Below, one piece after another: positions 29,884 to 40,654 of a stretch of DNA of 64,000 bases (position 1 is the stretch's first letter; the number at the start of each line of letters is the position of its first letter). The notes beneath the pieces were generated by a model. It was not told where the DNA came from and searched no databases. It saw only the letters and a list, made by a program, of their open reading frames with translations. The position numbers and the translations under genes were made by a program. Location: IMG/VR virus record IMGVR_UViG_3300019776_000324, positions 186,001-250,000 of that record; one strand, 5' to 3'.

Positions 29884-30147
29884 TTAAATTTCTTCTTCTA
29901 ACCGATATCCACATCCATTGGGAATTCCTGACACTGTCAATGCTGTAACATCAGGATATCGACGACAGCCTTCGGGTCTAGTTTCATAGATATTACAAGT
30001 ACCATGTTCAGTATTGTATTCTGGACAAAATGTTTCAACATAAGTTTCTGAATCAGTGTAGGTTCTGACCCTGCAACATCCTCCATTGCAGGCTAGGCCA
30101 CCTAGGCATTGGCCACGAACCACAAGGTTGATCCATATTACACCCAT
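29884..30147 (-). CDS. YkgJ/CxxCxxCC-type cysteine-cluster protein
   Basis: C...CNGGCC...CP......CNIYETRPEGCRRYP. Confidence 0.7.
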   Translation of the reverse strand: MGVIWINLVVRGQCLGGLACNGGCCRVRTYTDSETYVETFCPEYNTEHGTCNIYETRPEGCRRYPDVTALTVSGIPNGCGYRLEEEI

Positions 30148-33100
30148 GCTATGTATTCTATATCAATGTTGCCCAAGTCAATAGCACCACCTGTGATGTT
30201 CATGAATTGTATGCTCAATGTGTCTGCGGCACTTGCCCATGCAGCAGTAATAAAGATACCGTAAGTCAGTGCAGTTCCTACTGAAATAACCACCTTGTGA
30301 TTGGTAGTTAATCCAGTTAAGGTAAATGTTTGTGTACTAGCCGCAGTCTTACCAACCGATGCTGGGTTAATAACTAGGGTGCTTTTTAGTATGCTACTGC
30401 TTGCAAACACACCAGTTAGGGCTGATCCATTACCAACAAAGTTGCCACTAGTGGTAATATTACCTGTGGCAGTTACTTGTCCGGCAGTTGAAATATTGCC
30501 ACTTGTAACATTACCAGTGGCACTTACTATACCACCTGTTAGAACATTACCACCTGTGACATTACCAGTTACACTCAGACTTGATAATGTACCAACGCTG
30601 GTAATGTTAGGCTGACTTGCAGTTAATACTGTGCCAGTTAAGTTGCCAGTTACATTGCCTGTATGAATACCAAATGTGTTGCTGTTGACATTTCCAGCTG
30701 TAATATTTCCGCTGACACTTAATGCGCTAAGAGTTCCAATGGCTGTGATATTAGTCTGACTTGCTGTGGTCAGTGTACCTGTAATATTTGTACCAGATAA
30801 GTTGCCACCTGCAATGTTACCGACAACACTTAAACTTGTCAATGAACCAACACTGGTTATATTAGTTTGAGCAGCAGTGGTTAATGTACCTGTAATATTT
30901 GTACCAGACAAGTTGCCAGCAGTAACATTACCAGAGACACTTAAACTTGATAGTGTGCCAACACTGGTAATATTTGGTTGTGCGGCAGTAGTTAATGTGC
31001 CAGTGACATTGGTAACAATCAAGTTACTACCTACAATATTTCCTAATGCACTTACTATACCGTCGGTATTGATATTGGCTCCACGAACATTACCTGTAGC
31101 ACTTACAATTCCAGTAGTTAATAAATTGCCAGAACTGGTATTACCACTTACACTTACACTAGTTAATGTACCGACGCTAGTGATGTTTGGTTGTGCGTTT
31201 CCAGTTACAGTCACCGCAGTTGTTGCAGTTGTAGCAACTACACCAGTCAACACAGATCCGTTACCAATAAAGAAGCTACCTGTGATGTTGCCGGTGGCTG
31301 AAATTCCATCACCCGAAGAAATAGCACCAGTTGCGCTAACTTGTCCAGTGGTTAAAACATTACCACCAGCAATATTACCCGAGGCAACAACAATACCACC
31401 AGTTCTGATATTGCCACCATCCACATTACCTGTAGCACTTACTAGACCTGTGGTTCTTAGGTTGCCGCCAGAGATATTGCCAGTTGAGCTCAATACACCA
31501 CCAGTATTAATGTTGCCACCTGTGATGTTGCCTGTGGCTGATATCGATGAACTAAATGTTCCAGCTGTGGCAACCAAGTTGGCACCTGTGATGTTGCCTG
31601 TGGCTGATATGGCTGAACTAAATGTTCCAGCGGCAGCAATTAAATTAGCACCTGTGATATTACCTGTGGCACTAATAGTTCCAGCAGTTGCAAAGTTGGC
31701 ACCGGTTACATTACCGCTGGCACTCATCTGCCCACTAGTTCTTAGGTTGCCTGCATTAACATTTCCACTAACACTTGCGCTGGTCAGTATGCCCACGCTG
31801 GTAATATTTGGTTGAGCAGCCGTAGTTAATACAGAACTCGAGAATGGTGCTGTAATATTACCAGTAATACTGAGATTTGTTCCAAACACATTTCCTGATG
31901 CTGACAAGTTTGCGGCCTGTACAAGACCAACTACACTTAGGCCTGTGTCGGTAATAGTAGCACGAAGATTGCTGGTATTTGATCCTCCTGTGACAAACTG
32001 TATTACCTGTCCTGCATTGTTGGTAATCAATAAAAGATTTCCGCCACTAGCTGAAACAAATGTATCACTGTCGCCAAGTATTGATAAATCTGGATTTGAA
32101 AAAGTGCTACTGGTTATACCAATGGCTGCCGAGTAAGATGGACTATCTACACCTAGATCATTTAAAGCAACAAACATAGACATAGCATTAGTACCCGAGC
32201 TATGATTAATCTGTACTAACTGTGCAGGATTATTTTGATTCGCATCAATTTGAACTATTGCATTGCCGTAATTGATACCCTCGTAGGCTGCACCAAAGTG
32301 TGCAGTTCCGTTGGCTACCAAGTTGGCAACAGCTATGTCATCGGCAGTTAACGCTAATGTCTTTAGTCCAGCACCGTCAGTATCCCAACGATTGTTGTTT
32401 AAGTTATATAAGAATGTTCTGTAGTAACTACCATTCGAAACATTACCAAGAATCATACCACCGCCATCAATCTGTGTATTACTTGTAGAATTGTTTGCTA
32501 AGGTAAAGTTTTTATCGTTGATTGAGATGGTATTGGCTGATGTGCTAGTACCAGTGATTACAATATTACCTACAGTGATATTACCAAACTGTACACTAGA
32601 ATTAGTATTAATATTCTGTGGTAGACTTAATGTCAAGTTCTTGCCACCTGAATCAGACACAATAACTTGATTGGTAGTGCCAACTACATTTTGCACACCA
32701 GTGGCATTGATAGCCACATTACCTTGTGTTACTGTCTGTGTAAGACCGGTACCTACTGTTAGACTTTGAACCACTTGTGTAGGAACAAAAGCTGTATTTT
32801 GGAAAGTAGTGTCAGGGAATGTTATACCAGAGCCTGCTACTGGTAATGTAATACCATCAGTGTCAAGTTGCAGTGCATTTACACCAGCACTTCCACCAAC
32901 AGGTGTTAATTTAAATTGTGCGTATGTTCCTTTGCCGCTAGTGTTGGTTACAAAATCTTCCGCAGCAAAGAACTGTAAGCCTGCTACTTGTCCTGTACTA
33001 TAACTAGGAATGCCGTTGGCAACAGTACCAGTCATACCAAGCCCACTAAAGCTGGCTAGAATGTCGTTTTGTAAAACATAGTGAGGATTGTCAGCTGTTC

Positions 33101-35108
33101 CACGGCTTGCTCTAAGAGCAATTAATCCGTAACCTGCTTGCGCTGGCTGTGGGCCTGTGTTGCTAGTTGCATAACCATCAACAGTGATACGAGCAAGAGT
33201 ATTGTCGTTACCAGTAATGTGGATCATACCACCAGCGCCATTAACTGGTTGGTAGTTGCCAGAACTACTACCAACAATGTTTAATGCACCAGCTGTTCCT
33301 GTTGGAATATTATTGGCATTAATAGATACAAATCCGTTATTAAAGGCACTAAACACATTACGAGTGTTTGCACTGTCTCTAACAGCAATAGAACGATTGA
33401 ATACAACATTGCCTGTGGCACCAACAGTACCGATTGTGATGTCTTGTTGCAAATTGCCAATGGTAATTGCATTGTTGTAAAAAGTAAAGTCTGCTACAGT
33501 CAAGCCACCAGCATTGGCAATAACCAAATTGCCACTTTGGGCCAATAAGTTTACAGTGATATCTTCGACTGAGTCTTTGATGTTTAAACCGCCAGTACCA
33601 GCATAGATACTGTTCCAGTAGTTAGTCCCAGTTCCTAGTTCAGATGTATCTGGATTAGTTGGCAAGAATGAACTGTTGGTATAAACATTGCCCGAATCAG
33701 CATTGATACTGATATTACCTGTGCTAGTGGTGATATTGTAGCCACCTTCATCAGTGTATAACAAGGTATTGCTCATTGCAACGGCCGGTACAGCAACTAC
33801 ACCAGATCCTTCTGGAACAATATTAATATTGCCATTGATAGTAGTGCCACTAATGGTTTGACCTGTTATGCTTAGTAGGCCAACTTGCGAAGGAATACCA
33901 GTGAGTTGGCTAGCATTACCAAACAAGTAACTACCTGAGATATTTCCTGGAGTTGTAATGGTGCCAGTGGCTGTAATTAACCCATTAACATTTAAATTGG
34001 CACCGCGAATATTTCCTTGAGCAATAATAACACCGTCGGTGTTTATTGACCCAGTAACACTAAGATTGCCGCCGCTTAGATTACCAGTATAGGTTGGCAA
34101 GTAAGCAGCCACATTGGCATTGCCATACTGTGCTGGCAAGCCAGTTAACTGACTGCCATCGCCGATAAAATACCCAGCTGTGATATTACCTGTGGTACTG
34201 ACACTAGTATTACTATTATTGGTTAAAACTGGTTGTCCAGCAACAGTCAGTACATTACCTGTAGTGCCTAAACCAACACCACCAATGTAAACTGTGTTAG
34301 AACTGAACCATGCATCACGCCACCAGTTGGTACTGTTGCCCAAACTATAAGTTACATTGGCTGCAGGAATAATATTGCTGGCCACATTGGCAAAGTTTAC
34401 GCCACTTGGTGCTGCATCAACCCATTGGCTACCATCATCGTCGGTGTACCAAACATACAAACGACCCGATACTTCATCCCACCAAAGTGTTTGATCAGTT
34501 GGATTTGTAGGAGCTGAACTGCTTTGAATTACTCCACCACCAATTGCTTGTCCATTTGCATAGGATATGTTTATACTGCTGATCCAACTGTTGGTATTAG
34601 ATTGATATAAGAAAGTTGCAATATTTGAATTTGCACCAACCAATATGCCTGACCCATTGGCTGCATTGGCAGTGCTGGCTGAGTTTGCCAGATGTATTGT
34701 CTTTGAATCTGTTGTAATGTTACCCAGTTCAATAATGTCGCCTTGAACTGTTAAATCACCACCTACTGTTAAATTACCAGCTATTGATAAGCCACCCGAC
34801 ACATCAACATATTGCAAATACGCTGTAGCCCAGCGTTGTGTAGGGCTACCTAGGTTTCTAATATTAGCCAAGTTTGGTACAATGCTTACATTGGCTTGTA
34901 CTACTCCTATACCGTTTGGTGCTAGAATCAAATTACCATTGGTATTTGTAGTTAATATAGTATTGTTGGCAATACGAACATTACTTAACACTGGCCCTGC
35001 GGCAAAAACCTGATCAAAATTCAAGTTTACATCATTAAATGCGGTTCTTAAAGGGTCGCCAGTACCATCATTTGGTAGTGCGCCGATGTTGATTACATAT
35101 TGAGTCAT
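30138..35108 (-). CDS. Giant (1656 aa) Gly/Asn/Thr-rich fibre / baseplate-associated protein
   Basis: N-terminal INIGALPNDGTGDPLRTAF..VNLNF (T4 gp9/gp10-like start); dozens of SATGNITGGN repeats and repeated LTTAAQPNITSVGTL units. Confidence 0.8.
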   Translation of the reverse strand: MTQYVINIGALPNDGTGDPLRTAFNDVNLNFDQVFAAGPVLSNVRIANNTILTTNTNGNLILAPNGIGVVQANVSIVPNLANIRNLGSPTQRWATAYLQYVDVSGGLSIAGNLTVGGDLTVQGDIIELGNITTDSKTIHLANSASTANAANGSGILVGANSNIATFLYQSNTNSWISSINISYANGQAIGGGVIQSSSAPTNPTDQTLWWDEVSGRLYVWYTDDDGSQWVDAAPSGVNFANVASNIIPAANVTYSLGNSTNWWRDAWFSSNTVYIGGVGLGTTGNVLTVAGQPVLTNNSNTSVSTTGNITAGYFIGDGSQLTGLPAQYGNANVAAYLPTYTGNLSGGNLSVTGSINTDGVIIAQGNIRGANLNVNGLITATGTITTPGNISGSYLFGNASQLTGIPSQVGLLSITGQTISGTTINGNINIVPEGSGVVAVPAVAMSNTLLYTDEGGYNITTSTGNISINADSGNVYTNSSFLPTNPDTSELGTGTNYWNSIYAGTGGLNIKDSVEDITVNLLAQSGNLVIANAGGLTVADFTFYNNAITIGNLQQDITIGTVGATGNVVFNRSIAVRDSANTRNVFSAFNNGFVSINANNIPTGTAGALNIVGSSSGNYQPVNGAGGMIHITGNDNTLARITVDGYATSNTGPQPAQAGYGLIALRASRGTADNPHYVLQNDILASFSGLGMTGTVANGIPSYSTGQVAGLQFFAAEDFVTNTSGKGTYAQFKLTPVGGSAGVNALQLDTDGITLPVAGSGITFPDTTFQNTAFVPTQVVQSLTVGTGLTQTVTQGNVAINATGVQNVVGTTNQVIVSDSGGKNLTLSLPQNINTNSSVQFGNITVGNIVITGTSTSANTISINDKNFTLANNSTSNTQIDGGGMILGNVSNGSYYRTFLYNLNNNRWDTDGAGLKTLALTADDIAVANLVANGTAHFGAAYEGINYGNAIVQIDANQNNPAQLVQINHSSGTNAMSMFVALNDLGVDSPSYSAAIGITSSTFSNPDLSILGDSDTFVSASGGNLLLITNNAGQVIQFVTGGSNTSNLRATITDTGLSVVGLVQAANLSASGNVFGTNLSITGNITAPFSSSVLTTAAQPNITSVGILTSASVSGNVNAGNLRTSGQMSASGNVTGANFATAGTISATGNITGANLIAAAGTFSSAISATGNITGANLVATAGTFSSSISATGNITGGNINTGGVLSSTGNISGGNLRTTGLVSATGNVDGGNIRTGGIVVASGNIAGGNVLTTGQVSATGAISSGDGISATGNITGSFFIGNGSVLTGVVATTATTAVTVTGNAQPNITSVGTLTSVSVSGNTSSGNLLTTGIVSATGNVRGANINTDGIVSALGNIVGSNLIVTNVTGTLTTAAQPNITSVGTLSSLSVSGNVTAGNLSGTNITGTLTTAAQTNITSVGSLTSLSVVGNIAGGNLSGTNITGTLTTASQTNITAIGTLSALSVSGNITAGNVNSNTFGIHTGNVTGNLTGTVLTASQPNITSVGTLSSLSVTGNVTGGNVLTGGIVSATGNVTSGNISTAGQVTATGNITTSGNFVGNGSALTGVFASSSILKSTLVINPASVGKTAASTQTFTLTGLTTNHKVVISVGTALTYGIFITAAWASAADTLSIQFMNITGGAIDLGNIDIEYIAWV
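31519..31670 (-). repeat. 66-bp tandem repeat inside the fibre gene
   Basis: CCTGTGATGTTGCCTGTGGCTGATAT at 31519 and 31585, a variant at 31651 (22-aa unit ISATGNITGANLxAxAGTFSSx). Confidence 0.85.
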
Positions 35109-35242
35109 AGGTGGAATTAGCCTTTTTCATTATTTATGGCTAAATGCTTAACCTAATGGCATTGCGCATAGTGCAATACTCTGCTATACTAGCATCATGC
35201 TGTTGTTAAACAGCGTTTAACATAGAAAGGTAATTTTTACAA

Positions 35243-35512
35243 ATGAAACATTTTAATCCAGAAACCAAGACTTTTAAAGTATTTTCCGCACTACAATCAG
35301 GCAAGGCTTTGACAGCTAGCCAAGCAGCAAAAATGGGCGTTAAGAACTTGTCCGCTGAAGTATCACGCATTCGTAGCAATGGCTTTGCCGTCTATACGAA
35401 TAGCCGCAAAGCTGGCAATGGTGTTCAAGTTACAGAATATGTACTTGGTAAACCATCACGCAAGCTAGTAGCCCTTGGCTACAAAGCTCAGGCAATGGGA
35501 ATTACATTGTAA
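35243..35512 (+). CDS. Winged helix-turn-helix DNA-binding protein
   Basis: ALQSGKALTASQAAKMGVKNLSAEVSRIRSNGFAVY; promoter TTGCGC-17-TATACT at 35162-35190. Confidence 0.7.
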   Translation: MKHFNPETKTFKVFSALQSGKALTASQAAKMGVKNLSAEVSRIRSNGFAVYTNSRKAGNGVQVTEYVLGKPSRKLVALGYKAQAMGITL

Positions 35513-35550
35513 TTTAAGTCCTTAATACCCCGTTCGGAGGTATTACCCCT

Positions 35551-35579
35551 AGCCCAAGTGCAATGCTTGGGCTTTTTTA
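35551..35579 (+). terminator. Intrinsic terminator
   Basis: AGCCCAAG-tgcaatg-CTTGGGCT plus T-tract. Confidence 0.75.
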
Positions 35580-35678
35580 TGAGCCCAAATTTCCTTCATT
35601 TTTGCACTAGTTTTAGCTCGGTTGACCATTAATTACCAAAATGCTATAATATAGTTGTATAGTTAGGAAAGGATCATT

Positions 35679-36128
35679 ATGAAACGAGGTGAAATGCTTG
35701 CAAAAATGTTAGTTATTGCTACCAACGCACATGATGGCCAATTTGATAAGGGCGGCGCACCTTACATTTTGCACCCTCTAAAAGTCATGCACTACCTAAA
35801 GACCGACGACGAAGAATTGCAATGTATTGCTCTTGGACACGATGTTATTGAAGACACTAAGGTTACTTACAGGGACTTAGCTGACGCTGGAATTAGCGTA
35901 AGAGTTATGGATGGTATTAAGGCTCTAACTAAGCAACCTGGGCAGACACTAGACGAATACAAAGAAGGTGTGTTTGCCAATCGTGATGCTATGCTGGTTA
36001 AGAGTTGCGACCTGCGTCATAACAGTGATATCCGTCGGTTAAAGGGTGTCACTGATAAAGACCTTGCTAGGATTGCAAAATACAATCAGTTCTACATGGA
36101 GATCCAATCTCGGTTAGTTGACCATTAA
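35679..36128 (+). CDS. HD-domain (p)ppGpp hydrolase-like protein (small alarmone hydrolase/Mesh1-like)
   Basis: AHDGQFDKGGAPYILHP, LGHDVIEDT, VKSCDLRHN. Confidence 0.8.
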   Translation: MKRGEMLAKMLVIATNAHDGQFDKGGAPYILHPLKVMHYLKTDDEELQCIALGHDVIEDTKVTYRDLADAGISVRVMDGIKALTKQPGQTLDEYKEGVFANRDAMLVKSCDLRHNSDIRRLKGVTDKDLARIAKYNQFYMEIQSRLVDH

Positions 36129-36175
36129 ATCCGTTCGTTGTATAATAGTAGTATATTAAGAATTAAGGATATCGT

Positions 36176-36694
36176 ATGCCAAATTGGTGTTCAAATCGTG
36201 CTCGTATTACCGGCCCTGCTCCTGTAATCAAAGAAATCACAGACATCTTAAATCAGGATGATCATCCACTATTAAACTGGATGGTACCACAACCTAAGTT
36301 TGCAAATGATCAAGATTGGTATGATTGGAATATTAATAATTGGGGAACTAAGTGGGACATCGCAGATGTGTACTTTGAAAATCAAGCAGAAGAAGATACA
36401 ATAGAATTCTCTTTTTGCACAGCGTGGGCACCGCCAGTTGATGCGTTTTTAACTTGGGCACAACAAGACGGACGAGTGCAGTTTAATTTGGATTATTGGG
36501 AACCCGGTGTTGGTTTTGTAGGTAGTGCGAATTGGGATGGCGATTACTTTGATGACAATTATGTAGACTGTAATCAGGACGAAACAGCTTATAAGCATAT
36601 AGCATCAGATGTCTGGGGTTACGAAGAATATGAAGAGCCGGAACCGTTAACGGAATGGTATAAAGACGGTGTCAAAGAAAAAGGATTAGCATAA
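36176..36694 (+). CDS. DUF1281/YubB ferredoxin-like family protein
   Basis: MPNWCSN...WYDWNINNWGTKWD...FCTAWAPP...YWEPG. Confidence 0.7.
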   Translation: MPNWCSNRARITGPAPVIKEITDILNQDDHPLLNWMVPQPKFANDQDWYDWNINNWGTKWDIADVYFENQAEEDTIEFSFCTAWAPPVDAFLTWAQQDGRVQFNLDYWEPGVGFVGSANWDGDYFDDNYVDCNQDETAYKHIASDVWGYEEYEEPEPLTEWYKDGVKEKGLA

Positions 36695-37068
36695 TGGAAT
36701 TAAATGATATTGTTGTAAGCGTGTTGACCGGCATCGGAATTGGAGTTGGTCTAGCCGTTTTGTATATTATCTACCTAATTTTTAAAGTTAAAAAACGCAT
36801 TGACCAAATGGTAGAAGAAGTCATTGCCGAAGCCGAAGCCAGTATGGTTGGATTGGATATTGAACTAGACAAAGATACATATTTTTGCTATAATAGTGAA
36901 GATAAGCAGTTTGTTTGCCAAGGTAAAACAGTGGGGGAAATCGCCCAAGCATTTAGAAGTCGCTACCCAACCAAGACAGCATACTTGGCTGGCGGTGATC
37001 CAGAAGTAGTAGAACAATTTAAAACAGAATTATTAAAGTTAGTCACAGATGAAAATAGCCCTAGCTAG
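36694..37068 (+). CDS. Membrane-anchored hypothetical protein
   Basis: N-terminal TM segment. Confidence 0.6.
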   Translation: MELNDIVVSVLTGIGIGVGLAVLYIIYLIFKVKKRIDQMVEEVIAEAEASMVGLDIELDKDTYFCYNSEDKQFVCQGKTVGEIAQAFRSRYPTKTAYLAGGDPEVVEQFKTELLKLVTDENSPS

Positions 37069-37969
37069 TGATGTACATTTAGAATTTGGACCTATTACCT
37101 TGGACAATACCGAAGGTGCAGAGGTCCTAGTTCTTGCTGGTGACATTTGTGTGGCCAAGCATTTTGTGGATGGTCGCCCTACTTACCTGCAACATCTAGC
37201 AAAAGAATATCGTCAGTTTTTTGATCATGTGTGTCGAGAATTTCCGCATGTGGTGTACATCATGGGCAATCATGAACACTATTCGGGTGATGTAGCCCAT
37301 ACAGAGAACATTCTTCGATATCACTTGGACTACGGCAATTTACACATCCTTGAAAAACAAACATGGACTCACCAGGGCCATACCTTTATTGGTGGCACAT
37401 TGTGGACTGATATGGATCAGCAAAATGGTGTAGCTATGAGCTACTGTCAGAATGCCATGAATGACTTCCGCGAAGTGCTCAACAGTAATCGCATGGTTGT
37501 GCGTCAAGTTCCTATCTACGAACGGAATCCCTTATGGGTGCCAGATGGTAAAAATGGTGGACAATATAACAAGAACCCAGACGGATCTTTAATTAACATT
37601 GGCTACAAGAGCAAAGAAGAACCGGCTAGATGGACACCAGAAGATAGTGTTATTGATCATGATAAAATGCTGGCCTATGTTGACCATGTTACCCGTGATC
37701 CAGGTAGCTATATTGTTGTTGGCCATCATTGCCCAAGCGAGTTAAGCGTAGCTGAACAGTATAAAGGCAACATGTTAAATGCCGCATTCCGTAGCAAGCT
37801 AGACGACTTTATCGAAGCTCGCCCGCAGATACGATACTGGTTACATGGTCATACGCACCATAATTTTAATTACTGGATTGGCGAAACCCGTGTGGTATGT
37901 AACCCTAGAGGTTACACAGGTCACGAGGCTATGGCAGATTGGTTTAAACTACAGTATTTGGAGATCTAA
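37049..37969 (+). CDS. Calcineurin-like metallophosphoesterase (second copy)
   Basis: SDVH, AGDI, GNHEH, HHCP, HGHTH, CNPRGY. Confidence 0.9.
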   Translation: MKIALASDVHLEFGPITLDNTEGAEVLVLAGDICVAKHFVDGRPTYLQHLAKEYRQFFDHVCREFPHVVYIMGNHEHYSGDVAHTENILRYHLDYGNLHILEKQTWTHQGHTFIGGTLWTDMDQQNGVAMSYCQNAMNDFREVLNSNRMVVRQVPIYERNPLWVPDGKNGGQYNKNPDGSLINIGYKSKEEPARWTPEDSVIDHDKMLAYVDHVTRDPGSYIVVGHHCPSELSVAEQYKGNMLNAAFRSKLDDFIEARPQIRYWLHGHTHHNFNYWIGETRVVCNPRGYTGHEAMADWFKLQYLEI

Positions 37970-39049
37970 TGTATAAATGGTTAAAATATTCAGGAGCAAG
38001 TGTATCAGTTACACTTAATCCCTTACACTGGCGATTGATTCCGTGGACCAGTAAATTTCGTGACGAGTGGGCTGGCCCTAAAGAATGGACTGGAACTGTA
38101 AGTTGGTTATTTTTAACTATTAATCTTTGGATCGATGACGGGAGTTGGTAATGCAAATGGAACCTAAACCGATTCGAGACTTGTATCTTAACCGTGCCGA
38201 AGTTGAGCGGTTGTTAGAGCTAATGGATACCTTTGGCAATGACTGGGTGCATATCATCAACGAAACCGATAATATAGGTGGTGAGGAAGGTGCTCGGGTA
38301 GAATTCTTTACAGACTTAAATTCATTTCCGGGCTTGTTTACTACAACACTTAGAAACCCTAACGAAAACTTGTTTTAATGAACAAAGAAAATACTTTTCG
38401 AGCACTCAAAGATCAAGCACCATTTGTGGAACGCTGGCAATGTCGTGTTGGGTTTCACCGCTGGATGAAGTGGTCTGACATCGAAAAGAAAACTAGTAAT
38501 CTCTATGCTTATCAAAAGAGATATTGTGCCGACTGTAACGAAGGCGAAAGCCGAAAATTAAAAATTGATTGGTAATATGATGAAAATTGAATCAGCTGAC
38601 GGCCGCGAAGGCTACTTGATCTGGTGCGGTGGAGACCGATATGTGTTTAGAATCTATGACCTATGGCATAACTTTGTAGACTATGATATTCGTCACTGTG
38701 ACATGCGAGTCAAGATCATAGATTCAGATGCGTTCTTTTACACAGACAAGCAAGGCAGTCGAGTTGATCACAGTCCGGAAACATTAGGATTAAAATGAGC
38801 AAAGAAATCATTGGCTACAGATTTAAACGGCTAAAAGAATTAGTCGATGGCAAAATGTCTTTCACAGATCACTGGGAGCCAATCTATCCTATACAGCCGG
38901 GATGGATCTCTACAGCGGCTATTATGTCTTGTCAGGATTGTCACAGAACTATTAGTTCTTCAGGTGGGCCTGGGTACAACTGTTTATGTCCAGAATGTTA
39001 CAACAAGTTTAAGTTGGTTAATTTTACAGCAGGAAATGATCCCATATGA
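37969..39049 (+). other. Run of small hypothetical ORFs (37969, 38145, 38378, 38565, 38795)
   Basis: Overlapping start/stop coupling; two carry Cys pairs (possible Zn ribbons). Confidence 0.6.
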
Positions 39050-39690
39050 AAGTTTGGATAAGCAAATACCGTAATCACTGGATTAGTCCATATGTTATAC
39101 TTAAGGCTGTGTGCTTTTGGGAAAAAGATGAAGATCGCATTTACAATCTTAAAGATACAAACAATAATCCATATGTTCGTTGGGTTAAATTGTTAAATCC
39201 TGTTTGCCAAGGCATACAAAAGTTTTTAGATACAGTTCACCCACGCTGGACTTATGTTAAAATTGATCGCTGGGATACATGGTCAATGGATCATACCTTG
39301 GCTGATATTATTCTTCCCATGCTCAAGCAACTTGCTGCCACCAAACATGGTGCACCATTTGTTGATGATGAAGATGTTCCAGAAGGATTAAACTTGCGTA
39401 GTACTGAAGGAGAACCCAAAGAGAATGAGTGGGACACTGACAGTAATCACTTTAGACGCTGGGACTGGGTACTAGACGAAATGATCTGGGCATTTGAACA
39501 AAAAGTAGATGACAATGCTGACAGCAAGTTCTTTGATCACAGCGAATGCGATCCAGAAACAAGACTTGACGACCTGCTTAATAATGTAAGCAAAACCAAG
39601 TATGATCAAGCAGGACATCAAAAGTGGCAGGATCGCAAGGCAAATGGATTCCGCTTGTTTGGCAAATATTACGAAGCACTATGGGACTAA
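39046..39690 (+). CDS. Conserved-looking phage hypothetical protein
   Basis: IDRWDTWSMDHTLA..ILPMLKQL...WDWVLDEMIWAF...GFRLFGKYYEALWD. Confidence 0.7.
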   Translation: MKVWISKYRNHWISPYVILKAVCFWEKDEDRIYNLKDTNNNPYVRWVKLLNPVCQGIQKFLDTVHPRWTYVKIDRWDTWSMDHTLADIILPMLKQLAATKHGAPFVDDEDVPEGLNLRSTEGEPKENEWDTDSNHFRRWDWVLDEMIWAFEQKVDDNADSKFFDHSECDPETRLDDLLNNVSKTKYDQAGHQKWQDRKANGFRLFGKYYEALWD

Positions 39691-39694
39691 AATT

Positions 39695-40444
39695 ATGGCA
39701 ATGACAATACTACCAACCAAAGTTTATAATACTAATACTGTGTTTGAAGTTGACGACGACTTTGATATATTGTTAGAAGAAAAAACAGATCGTGCATTAA
39801 AGAAAGAAGTTCCCGACGCTACCTTTGAGGATGATCCTGTGGCCTTAACTATCACTAGCTACTTGATCTGGCTTAAGAATCCAGCTCGTCGTTGGGTTCC
39901 TGTTAACGAAGTTGGCCGTGTCACTCCTGAAGCCCGCGAAATGGCCCATGACTTACGCAAGTATTTCCTACATCGTAGCACAATGAAAGTTCTACAAGGA
40001 CAAACACCTACAGAGTTTCAGTATAAGCTGAATGCTTTCTTATCTGATATCCGTCCACTCAAAATAGACGAGCTAGGCATGCTGTATCGCTTGCCTTACT
40101 TTTGGCAGGAAGATCTTGCCCTGGATCAAGTGTTTGAAGGTGCTCCACAAATTGAATTTGATGGCCCAGGTATGTATAGTATGATCAGTCATACCACACT
40201 GACTCCTATTCGTGAAGTATTAAAAAGTCGTCGGTCAGGAGACTTTGCTCAGTTTTGGTTCAAGGACACCAGTGACCAACGCTGTGTGTATGAAGTTAAA
40301 ACTGACAACAAATTAATATCGTTATTTAGAAGTTTGTTTAAGCAACCCGAAATGGCAGTCAAGTGCTACTCCAAGATGGAACATCTGCGTGGTAGTCATA
40401 TCAAAACTAGATACTGGCGTTTGAGTAACCTGGAACTACAATGA
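39695..40444 (+). CDS. Hypothetical protein
   Basis: Long ORF; start moved to ATG 39695 to avoid the overlap. Confidence 0.6.
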   Translation: MAMTILPTKVYNTNTVFEVDDDFDILLEEKTDRALKKEVPDATFEDDPVALTITSYLIWLKNPARRWVPVNEVGRVTPEAREMAHDLRKYFLHRSTMKVLQGQTPTEFQYKLNAFLSDIRPLKIDELGMLYRLPYFWQEDLALDQVFEGAPQIEFDGPGMYSMISHTTLTPIREVLKSRRSGDFAQFWFKDTSDQRCVYEVKTDNKLISLFRSLFKQPEMAVKCYSKMEHLRGSHIKTRYWRLSNLELQ

Positions 40445-40654
40445 TTGCTGAGAAATGGTCAGAAAAGTGGGTCTAGGTCCTTTAGTTTGTATTAATTGTG
40501 AACTACTTGCTGTGCGTGAAGATCACACGGATCGTTGCCCTCGTTGTGGTGAAGAAAATTTCTTAGATTACCTGTGGATGTTCACTGAAGAGCAGCAAGA
40601 ACGAGTTCACGCAAATAGTCGCTTTCATCGGTTTGTAGCAGGACAAGACGCCTA

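Noticed and set aside
30301-33480. Long plus-strand ORFs (e.g. 30877-31815) opposite the giant fibre gene
   Set aside because: Antisense shadows of the repetitive Gly/Asn/Thr codons; no SD and no motifs
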